Shown: one piece after another, positions 1 to 12,409 of the stretch
How positions within the stretch are numbered: position 1 is the stretch's first letter
Layout: each line of letters begins with the position of its first letter
NCBI GenBank assembly: GCA_004022145.1
Contig: RCNU01000013.1
Strand: one strand, 5' to 3'
DNA from: Paecilomyces variotii
Taxonomy: Eukaryota
Length of the DNA: 64,000 nucleotides
Made by a program: the position numbers and the translations under genes
Notes under the pieces: model-generated
Database searches by the model: none
Told to the model about the DNA's origin: nothing
Seen by the model: the letters and a program-made list of their open reading frames with translations, nothing else

Positions 1-1061
1 GTAAGGGTTGCAATTTGCCCGAGGCAAGGACAGAAATTTGGTGATAGTACACAGAGCAAGTGAAGTACGGAGTACTATTGTGGCTGGCTGGGAACGGTTC
101 GGTCCGCCCCGTCGTCTTTAATTAATTGGTTAACTAACTTCTGGAGCTCACATGGGGACATCATGGATCATTATGGGTCAGATCTTCAGATGGTCCTTAA
201 TCCTATCGAGATTTACTGGGATCCCATCATGACAATGCTATTAGATCTGAAAAACATACCAATAGATGTACGCCAGTCTTATGGTCATTTGACTCCCCGA
301 CTCATACTAGTTAACCGGTATAGACGGATCTGCAGATGTGCACCTGCATGTCGGGACCTTCCATGTCTTTTAAAGTAACAGTGAGGTACCCGGGTTGACC
401 AACAATACTCAATCGGTCTCTGTCCTTGTAGGGAAAGATCGGAACAGTCGAAGTGGGCACTGAGAGTTCTGGTAAGTAATGAGTATCATCCGCCAAGAAG
501 CCCTAGCTGTCGATCGGAGTAGCGGTCATCAGCGCCGTGCACACCGTTTCCCTTGGGGACATATTCTTGTGATCTGTAATTACCTGGGTCCGATGGTAGT
601 GGCCAAGAAACCTCATCTTCGAACAAATCTATAGGTATCCCATTACCGGTTTCTAAATTACTATGGGTTATTTCTGTGCCGGAGCGAAAGCATGTTAGTC
701 GACACTAACCGAACTATGGACTAGGCCTGGGAGGAGTAACGCTCTTGTATACGACTTGTTACTAACGTATATGTGTTCTTCTGAATGTGCTTCCATTACA
801 TCTAGGTCTATTTACGTATGCTTGCTGGCTGACAGAATACAGTATTTTACATAAACATTCGGAATCGACTGGTTCCCTGCAGAGTTGCAGATCATAGATC
901 GAAGCTAATTAGAAACTAGTTCTGCTCTTCACAGCAAGAAAGCCGCATTGCGCTAGTTAGTGGTTGTGACATGGATATATAAGAAGGAATTGTCGTCGCT
1001 GGCCGAGTTTGCTATTTTACTCTTCCCACTGACAGCCTTGTGGACGACCGAATCGGCGATT

Positions 1062-2327
1062 ATGATCAAGATGATAGCTCTATTATATCTGTTCACTGCG
1101 TTCGCCACTTTATCACTGACGGCTTCCCTCCCAAAGACCGACTATGATGTGATTGTAGTCGGCGGAGGTCCCTCAGGGCTCAGTGCTGTCAGCGGCCTCT
1201 CGCGAGTCCTCAGAAAGACTGTGATGTTTGATTCGGGAGAATATCGCAATGCTCCCACTAGGAATATGCACGACGTGATCGGAAACGATGGTAAGCTTTA
1301 TTTCAAGATCATGCGTACAAATGGACCCGACACTGACGTCCACAGGAACGGTTCCCAGCGAGTTTCGTGACCTTGCGCGTAAGCAGATCGCGAGATACAA
1401 CAGTTCTACCTTTGTCGACACAAAGGTGGCGACTATTGACTTTGTCAATAATAGTTTCCTGGCTACCGACGTCAATGGGAAGAAATATACAGCACGGAAA
1501 GTCATCCTCGGCACCGGTCTCCGTGATGTTCTCCCCCCTATTCCTGGTCTCGAAGAGGCTTGGGGCAAGGGCGTGTATTGGTGTCCTTGGTGTGATGGAT
1601 TTGAGCATCGAGACCAGCCTCTCGGCATCCTCGGCCCTATGAAAGACATTATGGGATCTGTGTTGGAAGTATACAGCACCCTCAACAAGGATATCATCGC
1701 CTTCGTGAGTGGAACGCAGACGGAAGAACAGGAAGCAATTCTTGACAAAGCGCACCCTAATTGGAGGGAGGTTATTGCCTCGTACGGCATTAAGCTAGAC
1801 AACCGCACCATCACCGAGATTGAACGTGTTCAGGACGGTGAAGCTCACCAGGACAGCCAAGGAAGACAGTTCGATATATTCCGTCTTCATTTCGACCAAG
1901 GTGACCCGGTAATCCGGAACGCATTTCTCACGAATTTCCCAACCGAGCAGCGCTCCTCTCTCAGCACTGAGATGGGTCTCCAAATGCTCGGTAATAAGAT
2001 CGATTCCCTAGCCAAGGGCTTGAGAACTAGCAAGACTGGTGTGTGGGCAGTGGGTGACGCAAACAGCGATAATAGTACCAACGTCCCTCATGCTATGTCA
2101 AGTGGTAAGACGGCGGCAGTCTATGCACATGGTGAGTTTTCTTTTAAGATCGTGCGAACTATCGTAGCTCTGACAGCGCATTAGTTGAAATGGCGAATGA
2201 AGAGGCAGAGGCTGCCATTTCGAAACGAACGTCGACACTCTCCGCCAGGGAGCTTCGGAAAGACACTGAGAGGCGCATGGGTCATGAGCTTGAAGATCTG
2301 TATGACACGCTGCGTCGCCGTGACTAA
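1062..2327 (+). CDS. Secreted FAD-dependent thioredoxin-reductase-like oxidoreductase (fungal sulfhydryl oxidase / GliT-like)
   Basis: Exons 1062-1290, 1346-2131, 2185-2327 with GT-AG introns. Hydrophobic signal peptide, Rossmann motif VGGGPSG, redox motif YWCPWCDG, and C-terminal GVWAVGD FAD motif. Confidence 0.88.
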
Positions 2328-3499
2328 GAGGCGTTAGGTGGAAGTTTATGCCTCCGGCCTGTATCTATGCCCAGATAAACCTCGGCGTGGTCCCAGTACC
2401 TAGGTTTTTATACAGGCAAAAAGGATCGGCAGGATTTGGGACCACGATGAGTCTCTTTGGGCACACGCCGACCCATAGGTATCCGTCTGTTATTATTTTT
2501 GCTATGACAGATACCACCGTCACTGTTTATTTTAACCAGGAGATCCAGTAGCTCCTTTTTCACCCCCATGATGAGGACCATACGGACATCGGGGGTGTAT
2601 TACCTTTCTGTACGCACACTAAATTTAATACATCGGATCCCAGTGTAACTATCTCGGATGCCACATGTTAGGTATATACTGGAAGCGCTTCTAGTGGCGA
2701 TTCTCAATAGTATAAATCCGCTAGCCACCCCAAGACCTTCGAAGCTCCTGCCTAGCGACTGGTGGAGATTAGCGATCGCTGGATCCGTGAATAGGTCGAA
2801 CGGTTGAGCGCCTGCCATTCCTTCGAAGATTTTCGATTCGTCCATCCATTGATCGTTGCAGGCCATACTTCCCCTGTTGGCGTTCTTGGACAATGCCCAT
2901 AAAAGTGGTGGTCGCAACGGTGTGCTCGATGCTTCAACAATCAGCAAATCAGCTCCACCACGTATTTATTTAGATATCGTACCTGTCCTGGCTTTGTACA
3001 TAGGACGACGAATGTAGCTAAAAGCCTCCGTTACTTCATGATCGGATGAAGAATGCCTTCGAGAGCCAGGCGCAGCAACAGAACAGTCAAGAATACTTTC
3101 GTCTAGTAGTAGGATCTCCCTTTACCTTCCGCATAGGATTTAGCTGACTTCGGCCTCCTAGGCAGTCTGCCGAACTAAGCATCTTCGCAACTCATGAGTA
3201 TTCTTGACGGCTGATGCGGAACTTGATAGCCTGGCGCTCGGCTCTGACCCACGACAACAGGGCAGCCGTAGGTCCCAGGCACTTCAGTAACCATAATCGA
3301 ATAACTAATTGCAGTTCTATGTCTACTCAAAGGCACCATTTAGAGACCTTTAGATAGTTCGAAATTCAAAACTTATCTCTTCCCGGTTGTATGATTGGTG
3401 CCACGTGGATGCACATCTCGTTCACGGCCATCTGCTGCAGTGCGCGAACTCAGCCTCGCCTGTCACTTCACCCTCGTGCGCTAAGTATCTCTTGAATAC

Positions 3500-3526
3500 C
3501 ACTTCGCGCACTTCGCGCACTTCGCC
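3500..3526 (+). repeat. 3x 9-bp tandem repeat CACTTCGCG just upstream of the NLR start
   Basis: cacttcgcg cacttcgcg cacttcgcc read directly. Confidence 0.8.
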
Positions 3527-3576
3527 CACAAGTTCACGGTTATCTACAGGATCAACAAATACCATTATTCATTATC

Positions 3577-6500
3577 ATGTCCATGAAGAGACTTATCCAT
3601 GACAAACTTCGCATATCTTCAATACGTTCCCAGCGCGGCTCAGTAACTGATGGCGAGACACAGGCTGGACCGCACTACGACCGAGTGAGACCGCAAGGGA
3701 TATCTGTGCTTGTTTCTGCTACATCTCGTATACTCACGCCCATAATAACGACACCTGAAGCAAGCAAAGATGACCTTTGGATGAAGGCGCTACGAATCCT
3801 TTCTGCAAGGGATAAAGGCAATGGAGATGTTCTGAAGAAAATTCTTTCAGAGACCAGCCGTTTCGATGGATTTACAGATATTCTCATCAGAGAGGTCCGG
3901 GCCAAGAGAGATATCTGCAAAAGAAAGAAATGGACTTTCGAGTTCAATGGTCGCACCATAAGTCTGGGAGAACAAGCAGAAAAGGTAATTCAATGGCTAG
4001 ATAAAATCAAAGCCGTTGGTGATGTTACGGTCAATGTCGACCCTATACACGCAGGACTTCCATGGGCCGGAATCAGGATGCTACTTATAGTAAGAATCTC
4101 CATGGCGTTATAAGTCCATTTTGAATAACCGAATGCAAGGCAGTGACTTCCGAGTCCCATATGATGGGGACTCTCCTGGTTGGCCTCGACAAGGTTCTGT
4201 ACCTGATCGATCGGTGCAAAGTATACGAATTACTCTATCCGCATAATTCTCTCATAGAGGATAGTTATCAAAATTTTGAATCCGCACTAGTTGGTCTATA
4301 TGTCGTCATTCTTGACTTCTTGGCCGTGGCAGTTCAAACTTCCAAGAACAATGCCATCAAGAGGACCCTTACAGCATTCTGGTCATTGGACTGTATCAAT
4401 AAATATGATACTCGCTTTCAGGAACTTATGACGCGCGTTGAAATCGAAGCTCATAACTGTGACCGTCTTTACAGCCGACACGAGCGACTCGTCTCTCAAC
4501 AGCAGACGAGAGATTTGAAGCGTATACTTAGGGATCTTGAACAGTTGAATTCCACCCAAGGCCAAATTGAAATTGTCAAAGATAGGATTTCTGGCATCTG
4601 GGAATTCCTGGATGGCGAAAAGAGGCACGAAATGCTCTTATGGATATCAGTAATTCCATTTGAAGACCATCACAGGATGGCAAAGGAAGGACGGACAGAG
4701 GATACTGGGACATGGCTTTTGCGCCACGATCAGTATGTAGAATGGCAATCGTCTCAACAGTCTACGATATTATGGTTACATGGAATCCGTAAGTCTGCAC
4801 AACTCTCTTGGTCGAGATTGTCAATGAGATTCTGACTTCTGGATAGCGGGAGCTGGAAAGACGAAGCTTGTTTCCCAAGTTATTGACAATCTCCAGCATG
4901 ACTTATGTGAAGGGGCTTTGGTCTACTTTTACTGCAACCGCAACGAGGAATCTCGCCGAAAACCAGAGCAGATATTGCGCAGCTTTATCAAACAACTTTC
5001 AATATCGAACGATAAAAAGGCTATTCACCAAGCATTTATCAATTCTTACGACAAAAGGTGGCAGACTGGATTTTCCTCGAGAGATCCAAGTCTGGACGAA
5101 TGTGAGAAACTCATTACCGATCTTGCATCGACATATCCAAAGGTGACATTTGTCCTGGATGCTCTAGATGAGACCGAGACACGCTCTCGGAAGAGGCTTT
5201 TTGATTTTTTCAATTACCTTATCGAACATGTCATCAACGCGAAGATATTCATATCCAGCCGACGTGACGGAGACATCAAGCGCCAACTCGAAAGAAAAGC
5301 AAATATTAGTATCGAAGCAACGGACAATCATGATGACATAGCGAAGTTTGTCGCGGAGAGAATTTCAGAAAACGAAAAGGATCGACAATATCCTATTTCC
5401 GAAAGTTTGAAATCCGAGATCATCGATACACTACTTCACAAGAGCCACGGAATGTAAGTTCCAACCGGTCCCTTGTTCTCTGTTCCCGCTAAACATTTAA
5501 AGGTTCCAGTGGGCGGCCTTACAAGTCGACCAAGTACTATCGTTAGACGTGGAACAAGATATATGCGATCGTTTAGGAAAGCTGCCCACCGATCTAAAAT
5601 CAACCTACGATGAGATATATGAATCGATACAGACAAAGGGCTCAAAAGGGAGCGAAGCTAAAGTCGCTACTCGCGCCTTTCAATGGGTTATGGGTGCTCA
5701 AACTCCTCTATCCGCGAACGCACTACTTGCTGCTGTGTGGCAGGAACCTGGCAACAATAGAGTTAGCAAGCCTCAGCTTGACATTCAGTTTGTTCTGAAT
5801 GCTTGCCATAATCTTTTAGTCATAGATCCTGTGACAAGGAGATGTTACTTTGCCCATTTATCTATACGGGAATATTTCGAAGAAAATCATCCACTTATTG
5901 GGCAACCCCATATTGTACTGACCAAAGTTTGCTTATTGTTACTCATTGATGACAATGTGAAAGCCGAGGAATGGCCAGAACCCCCGCTTAGCTCCAGCGG
6001 CACTATTTATAAGCTTACTGAGTATGCCGCGATCTACTGGATAGAACATTTAAGAAGATGTGACAGCATCTGCAGTGACGGCGAACTGTCTTGGCTTACA
6101 AGTCAATTCTTTGGTTCTGTCACAAGAAGCAGTTCGGCTTATATCCACTGGTTTGAATATTGGGCCGTGGACGAAGGACTTTTTACATGGGATATAATCA
6201 ACCAGCTGCAACCGATCTCCAACCCTTTGCTAGCAATATGCAGATTTGGCCTCTGTAATGTTCTACAATGGTTGTGGGAGTCGGACTGTGATCCAAATCA
6301 AGTCAATGTCAATGGGGAATCACTGCTTCTACTGACAACCCTCGGTTCAGACCTCGAACTGGTTCAAATGTTGCTGGGTCTGGGAGCAGATGCTAATAGG
6401 CAATCGGCTCGCGGAGATTATGGCACCGCCCTCGCAGCGGCAGCATCGACGGGATCTCTGGAGATGGTCCAGTTACTATTAGATGCAGGGTCGAACGTGA

Positions 6501-7462
6501 ATCAGGTATTACCGTCTGCACGCTATGGCAGTGCCCTAGCAGCAGCAGCATCATCGTCTCCGGGATCTGTAAAGATGGTCCAGCTGCTATTAGATGCAGG
6601 AGCCGATGTGAACCAGAAGTTGTCTTGCGGTGCCTTTGAGAGCGACCTTGCAGCAGCAGCACATGCAGGAAGCATGGAAATTGTCCAGCTACTGTTAGAT
6701 GCAGGTGCCGACGTCAACCAAGTGCTCTCTTCCGGAGATCACGGCAACGCCCTAGCAGTAGCATTATATATGGGACGTGTGGAGATGGTCCGACTGCTAT
6801 TAGATGCAGGGTCGGACATGCATCAGGTATTACCCTATGCACGCTATGGAAGTGCCCTAGCAGCAGCAGCATATTCGGGGCCTGTGGAGATAGTTCAGCT
6901 TCTATTAGACGCAGGAGCCGATGTGAATCAGAAGTTATCATGTGGGTACTATGGCAGCGCCTTGGCTGCAGCAGCATACGGGGGATCTGTTGAGACGGTT
7001 GAGCTGCTGTTAGATGCAGGGTCAGACGTGAATCAAGTCATACCCTATGGACGCTATGGAAGTGCCCTAGCAGCAGCAGCATATACGGGGACCACGGGTA
7101 TCGTCCAGCTGTTATTAGACGCAGGTGCCGATGTGAACCAGAAGTTATCATGTGGGTATTATGGCAGCGCCCTGGCCGCAGCAGCATACGGGGGATCCGT
7201 AGAAACGGTCCAGCTATTGTTAGACGTGGGCGCCGATGTGAATCAGGAGCTATCGTGTGGACATTATGGCATGGCTGTGGTAGCAGCAATAGATGGCTGG
7301 GATGGAGATATGGCTGTAGTAGAAACATTGTTGGATGCAGGAGCAGACATCAGTCGACTACATACCCACTTGGAGCGGACGCTGGTACTGCGCTCACAGC
7401 AGCCTTGCGAAATAAGAGCCAAGAAAGGTGATGCAGTTAAGGCTCAATGGCCTTTGGTATAA
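3577..7462 (+). CDS. Fungal NLR-like protein: helical N-terminal domain (NWD/NACHT_N-like), NACHT NTPase, ankyrin repeats; about 1242 aa
   Basis: Exons 3577-4089, 4140-4788, 4847-5453, 5503-7462 splice in frame. Walker A WLHGIP/GAGKT spans intron 2; Walker B FVLDALDE; IFISSR; GMFQWAALQ; about 10 ankyrin units. Confidence 0.92.
6352..7350 (+). repeat. Tandem array of about 105-bp ankyrin-coding units with high internal conservation, including a 210-bp higher-order duplication
   Basis: Unit consensus xEMVQLLLDAGADVNQxLxxGxYGSALAAAAxxG. The string acgctatggaagtgccctagcagcagcagcatat occurs at 6841 and 7051, 210 bp apart. Confidence 0.92.
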
Positions 7463-7954
7463 AAGTTAGCCCTGATGTTATTGAGAAGTCGCTTCGTTAC
7501 TTATAGTGACATTATTTGGCACAAGTGATACATAATTAGCTATAGACGTAACCAGAAGGTTTACTGTTGAAGGGCAAATATTATGAATTTCGGGTCAATA
7601 CCCTAGGATAATATGGTATAATAGTGATATTTGAAATCACGCATCATGCCCAGTCTTGACGAGCTCTTAAGTTTCTTAATGCTTTGCAGGATCCTTGGAC
7701 TTATATTGATCAATAAGTCAGTATAATAGAGCTATTATTGCGCTTAGAATAGTGCTCTCAAGATATGGAAGCCATTCATTGCATGTATTAGAGAGGTATT
7801 CTATTTATATTTGCGGCCGGAAAGCTACATATTATATAGTGATGTTAACCTCTTACTTCATAATTGTAGCACTCTATAAGTAGTTATACACAAGTCCTTG
7901 CCAACTAGATTACTCTCGCAAAGTGGTTAAGGGGGTTATAATCCCGTCATTGAA

Positions 7955-9538
7955 TCAAGCCAAATCTTTCCTATCGCCAAACCAGCACTTGAGAACAGCT
8001 TCGATGGTTGCTTTACCTTCTGCAATGGGTGTATAGCGCCTGAAAACCCAAGCTATGCGCATATCGGGCCGGATCAACACAGCCACGACATCTTTCCATT
8101 GATGAGTAGTGCTGAACGTAGAGGATGACAACCTGGTTATCTTATCATTCCAATGCTGACATACGGCGTGCAGTTCCGCGATCTCAGCTGCCTTGTCACA
8201 TTGGCTGCTATTGCGCAGCAGAAGGACAAAGCGGTCAATCTTTGTCGCCTGGAATAATTCGTTTTCTGTCTCGAACCCCAGATGAGTCACTCTAGCCCCT
8301 ACCAGCGGATCGTATTGCTCTCCATTGCCAGAGTCTGCATGGAGACGATACGGGGATGTAGGCTCGCCAAAACCAGTCACTCGTCGAGCCCAGAGCGCGT
8401 TCAGATCCGGGTTCTTTAGAGCTTCACATAGAACCTCTCGAAGGGCAACATCCTGCGGTTTGTCGGCCACGAGTACTGCCGTCTGCGCTTGGACATTGGA
8501 AATCACTGCCTCGGCTGCTGCATGACGTTCAGCGGTATAACTGTCTAGTATGCGCTCTACTAAGTCGTCATCTTGCTTGGAGCTCAGCACCAGTGCTAGC
8601 TTCCAGGCGAGATTGGTCGCGTCTTGAATTCCCAGATTCATGCCTTGGCCGCCAGCTGGGAAGAACTGGTGAGCGGAGTCTCCAGCAAGAAAGACCCTTC
8701 CGGCGCGAAAGGACGTCGCAAGGCGACAAGAGTTCCCAAATCGTGACAACCACAGTGGTGAGTGCGCTCCAAGGTCAGAGCCAAATCCATCTCGCATACA
8801 TTCTCTGACTTCGTCTATTGTCGGCTCGTCGTATAGCGGCTTCAGCATGGAGTCTTTGAATAGTCCAACGAATCGATAGTGCACACCATCTCCGAGAGGA
8901 ACAATCATACATCCTCCCTTTGAACCTCTCGAGGTTGTTATTGTTCCCACTTGCTCGCTCAGCTGAATGTCAGCTAGCATTCCAGCTATGGAGCTTCGAC
9001 TGCCTTCGAACGGGATCTCAGCCGCGCGGCGTACAGCGCTGTGTGTACCGTCACAACCGATGAGCAATTTAGCCTCGAGCGTGAGTTCACCACCGACGGT
9101 AAGTTGTTCAGCACATACAAGGACTTTCTCTCGGTCCTGGCACAGGCTCTCAAATCTGAGTCCCCAGAGGAATCTCACTCCAGCCTCCTCGCATCGGTTC
9201 AGCAGCAAGGCCTCTGTTTGAGCTTGTGGGATAGCCAGGTTGTGACTGTGGCGCATCCCTAGGACGTCATAGTTTAAGTCGAGAAGGGTTTCCAAAGCAC
9301 CGAAGTGTGCCTTGTGCAGAGCAAGTCCGGCATCGAGGAAGTCTTGTGCAACTCCTCTGGATTCGAACGTTGCCAGAGAACCGGCGGACATGGATAACGC
9401 CTTGGAGTAGGTTGGTCTTGCATCTCGCGAGCTGATCGAGTCTATGACCAGCACGTCGATATTCGCACGACGGAGTTCGAGGGCTAACCAAAGACCTGTT
9501 GGTCCGGAACCAACGATGAGGATGTCTGAAGAAATCAT
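7955..9538 (-). CDS. Group A FAD-dependent monooxygenase (aromatic hydroxylase, Rox/RdmE/PgaE-like), intronless
   Basis: ORF from MISSDILIVGSGPTG. DG motif LIGCDGTHSAVR, GD motif RVFLAGDSAHQFFPAGGQGMNLGIQDATNLAWKL, C-terminal AVLIRPD. Confidence 0.93.
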   Translation of the reverse strand: MISSDILIVGSGPTGLWLALELRRANIDVLVIDSISSRDARPTYSKALSMSAGSLATFESRGVAQDFLDAGLALHKAHFGALETLLDLNYDVLGMRHSHNLAIPQAQTEALLLNRCEEAGVRFLWGLRFESLCQDREKVLVCAEQLTVGGELTLEAKLLIGCDGTHSAVRRAAEIPFEGSRSSIAGMLADIQLSEQVGTITTSRGSKGGCMIVPLGDGVHYRFVGLFKDSMLKPLYDEPTIDEVRECMRDGFGSDLGAHSPLWLSRFGNSCRLATSFRAGRVFLAGDSAHQFFPAGGQGMNLGIQDATNLAWKLALVLSSKQDDDLVERILDSYTAERHAAAEAVISNVQAQTAVLVADKPQDVALREVLCEALKNPDLNALWARRVTGFGEPTSPYRLHADSGNGEQYDPLVGARVTHLGFETENELFQATKIDRFVLLLRNSSQCDKAAEIAELHAVCQHWNDKITRLSSSTFSTTHQWKDVVAVLIRPDMRIAWVFRRYTPIAEGKATIEAVLKCWFGDRKDLA

Positions 9539-9979
9539 GTTAGTGTCCTGATTATTCTCCTGAGTTTTGCTTTGGAAAAATACAACCAGACACGGAATAT
9601 ATATATATTCATGCAACACACGAGACGGATACGGAGAAACAAGTGCAGTTACCTAAACAGAAGCCTTGTATAACATAGACTATCCTCATAACTGTTACAT
9701 TTTGGGGGATCGAAAGGCCAGGATTGCCCCGAGAGGACCGATCATACGGATGCTACGCTCGGCCATGTCAATCTTACACACGCGTTGAAAACACGGACCA
9801 CAAGTAGATACCACAGAGACTATTCTTGTCTGTGTCACGTTTGATGTCGTTTGTCGAGTCCCGTGCTGTCTTTCCAATCAGGGATCGATCCCAGACTAGT
9901 TCCCACGCCAAGAAAGAGACATCGTGCGACGTGAATCTGCCCTGCGATGTTAGGATGTGGTGGTTGGCCCAAGTGTCTC

Positions 9980-10030
9980 CGGATCAGGGGGGCGTTTCGG
10001 TGCTATCGGGCGTTTCGGTTTTCTCGGCGG
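9980..10030 (+). promoter_or_regulatory. Phased CGG-N6-CGG direct-repeat array, putative Zn2Cys6 binding site in the divergent promoter
   Basis: CGG starts at 9980, 9998, 10007, 10016 and 10025 (9-bp period). GGGCGTTTCGGT occurs at 9990 and 10008. Confidence 0.55.
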
Positions 10031-10187
10031 CAAACGTTGAAACGCAAGTCGATAGATGCATCAGAGATTAAGGCTGTGCATGGATGGGCGTCAAGGTGTA
10101 AGACGTTGGCTGGAGAGTACTTTTACATCTTCGACTGTTTTTGACCACGGCTTCACCACCTCCCCCGCGGCAATCTAAGAGGCGGCT

Positions 10188-12409
10188 ATGCAAAACGCAG
10201 ATACAAACGCGGATCACACCGCTCCTCGGCTCAATCGGCGATCGTGCTTGTCTTGCTATGAGCGCAAGATCAAGTGTGATCGCCGCGAACCATGTTCTAA
10301 TTGCTCCAAGTCCAACGAGCGATGTGATTATCCGCGATCTCGTATCCGTCGGAACCGGCCCCGACGTCAGGATCCAAGTGATTCAGCTCTTGCAGACCGA
10401 ACAACAAACGGCCGAAGAAGGCCCGGCAGGGACGACCGCGCCGACATTATATTTGTCAAAGTCGCACCGGTTGTTATCAAAGAGAACGGCTATCTTGTTG
10501 CGGACCATTCCGGCAAAAGCAGATTCTTGGCGAGTGATGCGTGGGCTAATGTCAAAACTGAGGTAAGCAGCCGACTCTAATGGAGAGTTAACTTAGTCTT
10601 CCCCCGTGGGCAATCTTGATTAGATTGGTTTATCATGTGGCCTTGGTCTGACGTCCTCGACAGGAGAGTAACTTCACAGATGTGCTGCTGGGAGATGGCG
10701 ATCGCGCTTCTACAGTATCGGGACCGTCGCACATGTACTTATTTCCGCTAGCAGGTAACAGTATTCCAGGGACGCAGTCATGGACGCCAGAAGACCGTGC
10801 CTACAGAAGGCCATGGGTGCCTACCCCGATTGAACTGGAGACATGTTGGCACATCTTTCTTGAGAACGTGGACCCAGTGGTTCGGATTCTTCACAAACCG
10901 ACTATCCGGAACCTGCTGGACGAGGCTCAACAGAAAGGACTGGAAGGCCTCCCGAAGCCTTCAATCGCTTTACTTCTCGCTATCTGCTTCTGTGCTATGG
11001 TGACACTGGACCCATGGCGGTCAAGGGCCCTTTTCAATGCCGACGGTAATGAAGCGATGCAACATTGTAAACATGCTGTTGAACATGCAATGGCAGAGGC
11101 GCAGCTTATACAGACGCGTGACATCCAAGTGCTTCAAGCATTTACTCTGTTCTTGGTCAGCAAATTCCATTCTCCTATATGAAACTGTACGGACTGACGC
11201 GGTTATGCTCTCTAGACGTGTGTTCAGCGGAAGAACTCGCAGCCCGTGTGGACACTGATCGGCCTGGCCATTCGTATTGCGACGTCACTGGGGTTGCACC
11301 AGGAAAGCGTTAATTTCGGCCTCTCTCCGTTTGAGATTGAGATGCGTCGGCGACTATGGTGGCAGCTTCACTTGTTGGATATGCGTGCCTCCGAAGATTG
11401 CAGCTACGGGGGAGTCACGAGTATCTTCTACGAATCCAACACCCGTTTGCCGCTGAACATCAATGATTCCGACCTGGACTCAAGTGCAACGGCGCCGCCC
11501 ACGGAACGCGAGGGGCTGACGGAGATGTCGTTTAGTCTCCTACGCTATGATGTCTGTTCCGCTACCATGCGTATGCGGAAGCTGCATTATCCAGACGCTA
11601 CCTCGGACGATGCCGTCGAAGGTTTGTCGTCTTCAGCTTCTTCGTTCAGGAAGAAGGAAGCGTTGATCGAAGAGCTGTCCTCCTATGTCCACCAGCGGTA
11701 CCTTCAATACTTTGCCTCTAACCCACAGTCGCCTTTGTGTGCGTTAGCCGCGGAGACGGGCAAGTTGGTTCTCACGAAGACGCGGCTCGTAGCTCATCAC
11801 AAGCTTCTGCAGCAGTTAGCAGGTCCTGGGAGTCGGGACTCGAGCCCTGGTCATATGGACGCAACGATCCAAGTGCCTGATTTCTTTCCTGATTCCTTCC
11901 TGGAAGATTTATTTATCTCGTCTGTGTCCCTGCTGGAGTCGCAGGTGCGTCTCTCGTCGGACTCCCAGTTTGCACAGTGGCGTTGGCTCCTTGGATTCTA
12001 TAACCAGTGGCACGCAACGTCGTTCATTCTGTCACAGCTCTGTATCCGACTGGAAGCGTTGCGAAACACAACCACAGCATGTTCTCCATCCGTCCTGGAG
12101 AAACTCGGACGTGCCTGGCGAGCCGTCGAGGCAACCTTTGCCATGTATCAGAAGCAAGATGATGCGTACGACCCGGATGGATCTAGCAGGAGCGCGCGTT
12201 GGGGCCCTCTCGAATTCCTGCGGCAGAAAGTCGAGCAGAAATTGACCATAGCAGGCTTCGACGGCGTCTGGAGCCCCAACCGCGAAAGCTTGAATTCCTA
12301 TAGTTTGTCGACCATGCCCCCCATGGAATGCACTGGGGACGATCTCGCGTATAATACTTGTAGCGCGGACGTCTTCAATACGTTAGGCTTATTCACGCTA
12401 GATCTCTAA
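10188..12409 (+). CDS. Zn(II)2Cys6 transcription factor with fungal-specific TF middle homology domain
   Basis: SCLSCYERKIKCDRREPCSNCSKSNERC; introns 10563-10663 and 11156-11215 splice in frame; GLAIRIATSLGLH...EMRRRLWWQL motif. Confidence 0.93.

Noticed and set aside
150-380. HGDI-like motif and short ORF suggesting a kinase relic
   Set aside because: No other kinase motifs in frame; too short to support.
2570-3300. Minus-strand 115-aa ORF, possibly a decayed gene
   Set aside because: No recognisable motif or splice structure.
6352-7350. Regularly spaced repeats superficially like a CRISPR array
   Set aside because: They are in-frame ankyrin coding units in a eukaryotic gene.
7480-7950. 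AT- and TA-rich stretch suggesting a RIP-mutated transposon relic; a similar stretch lies at 16850-17420
   Set aside because: No TIR, TSD, LTR or protein motif could be identified by eye; needs RIP indices and a repeat search.
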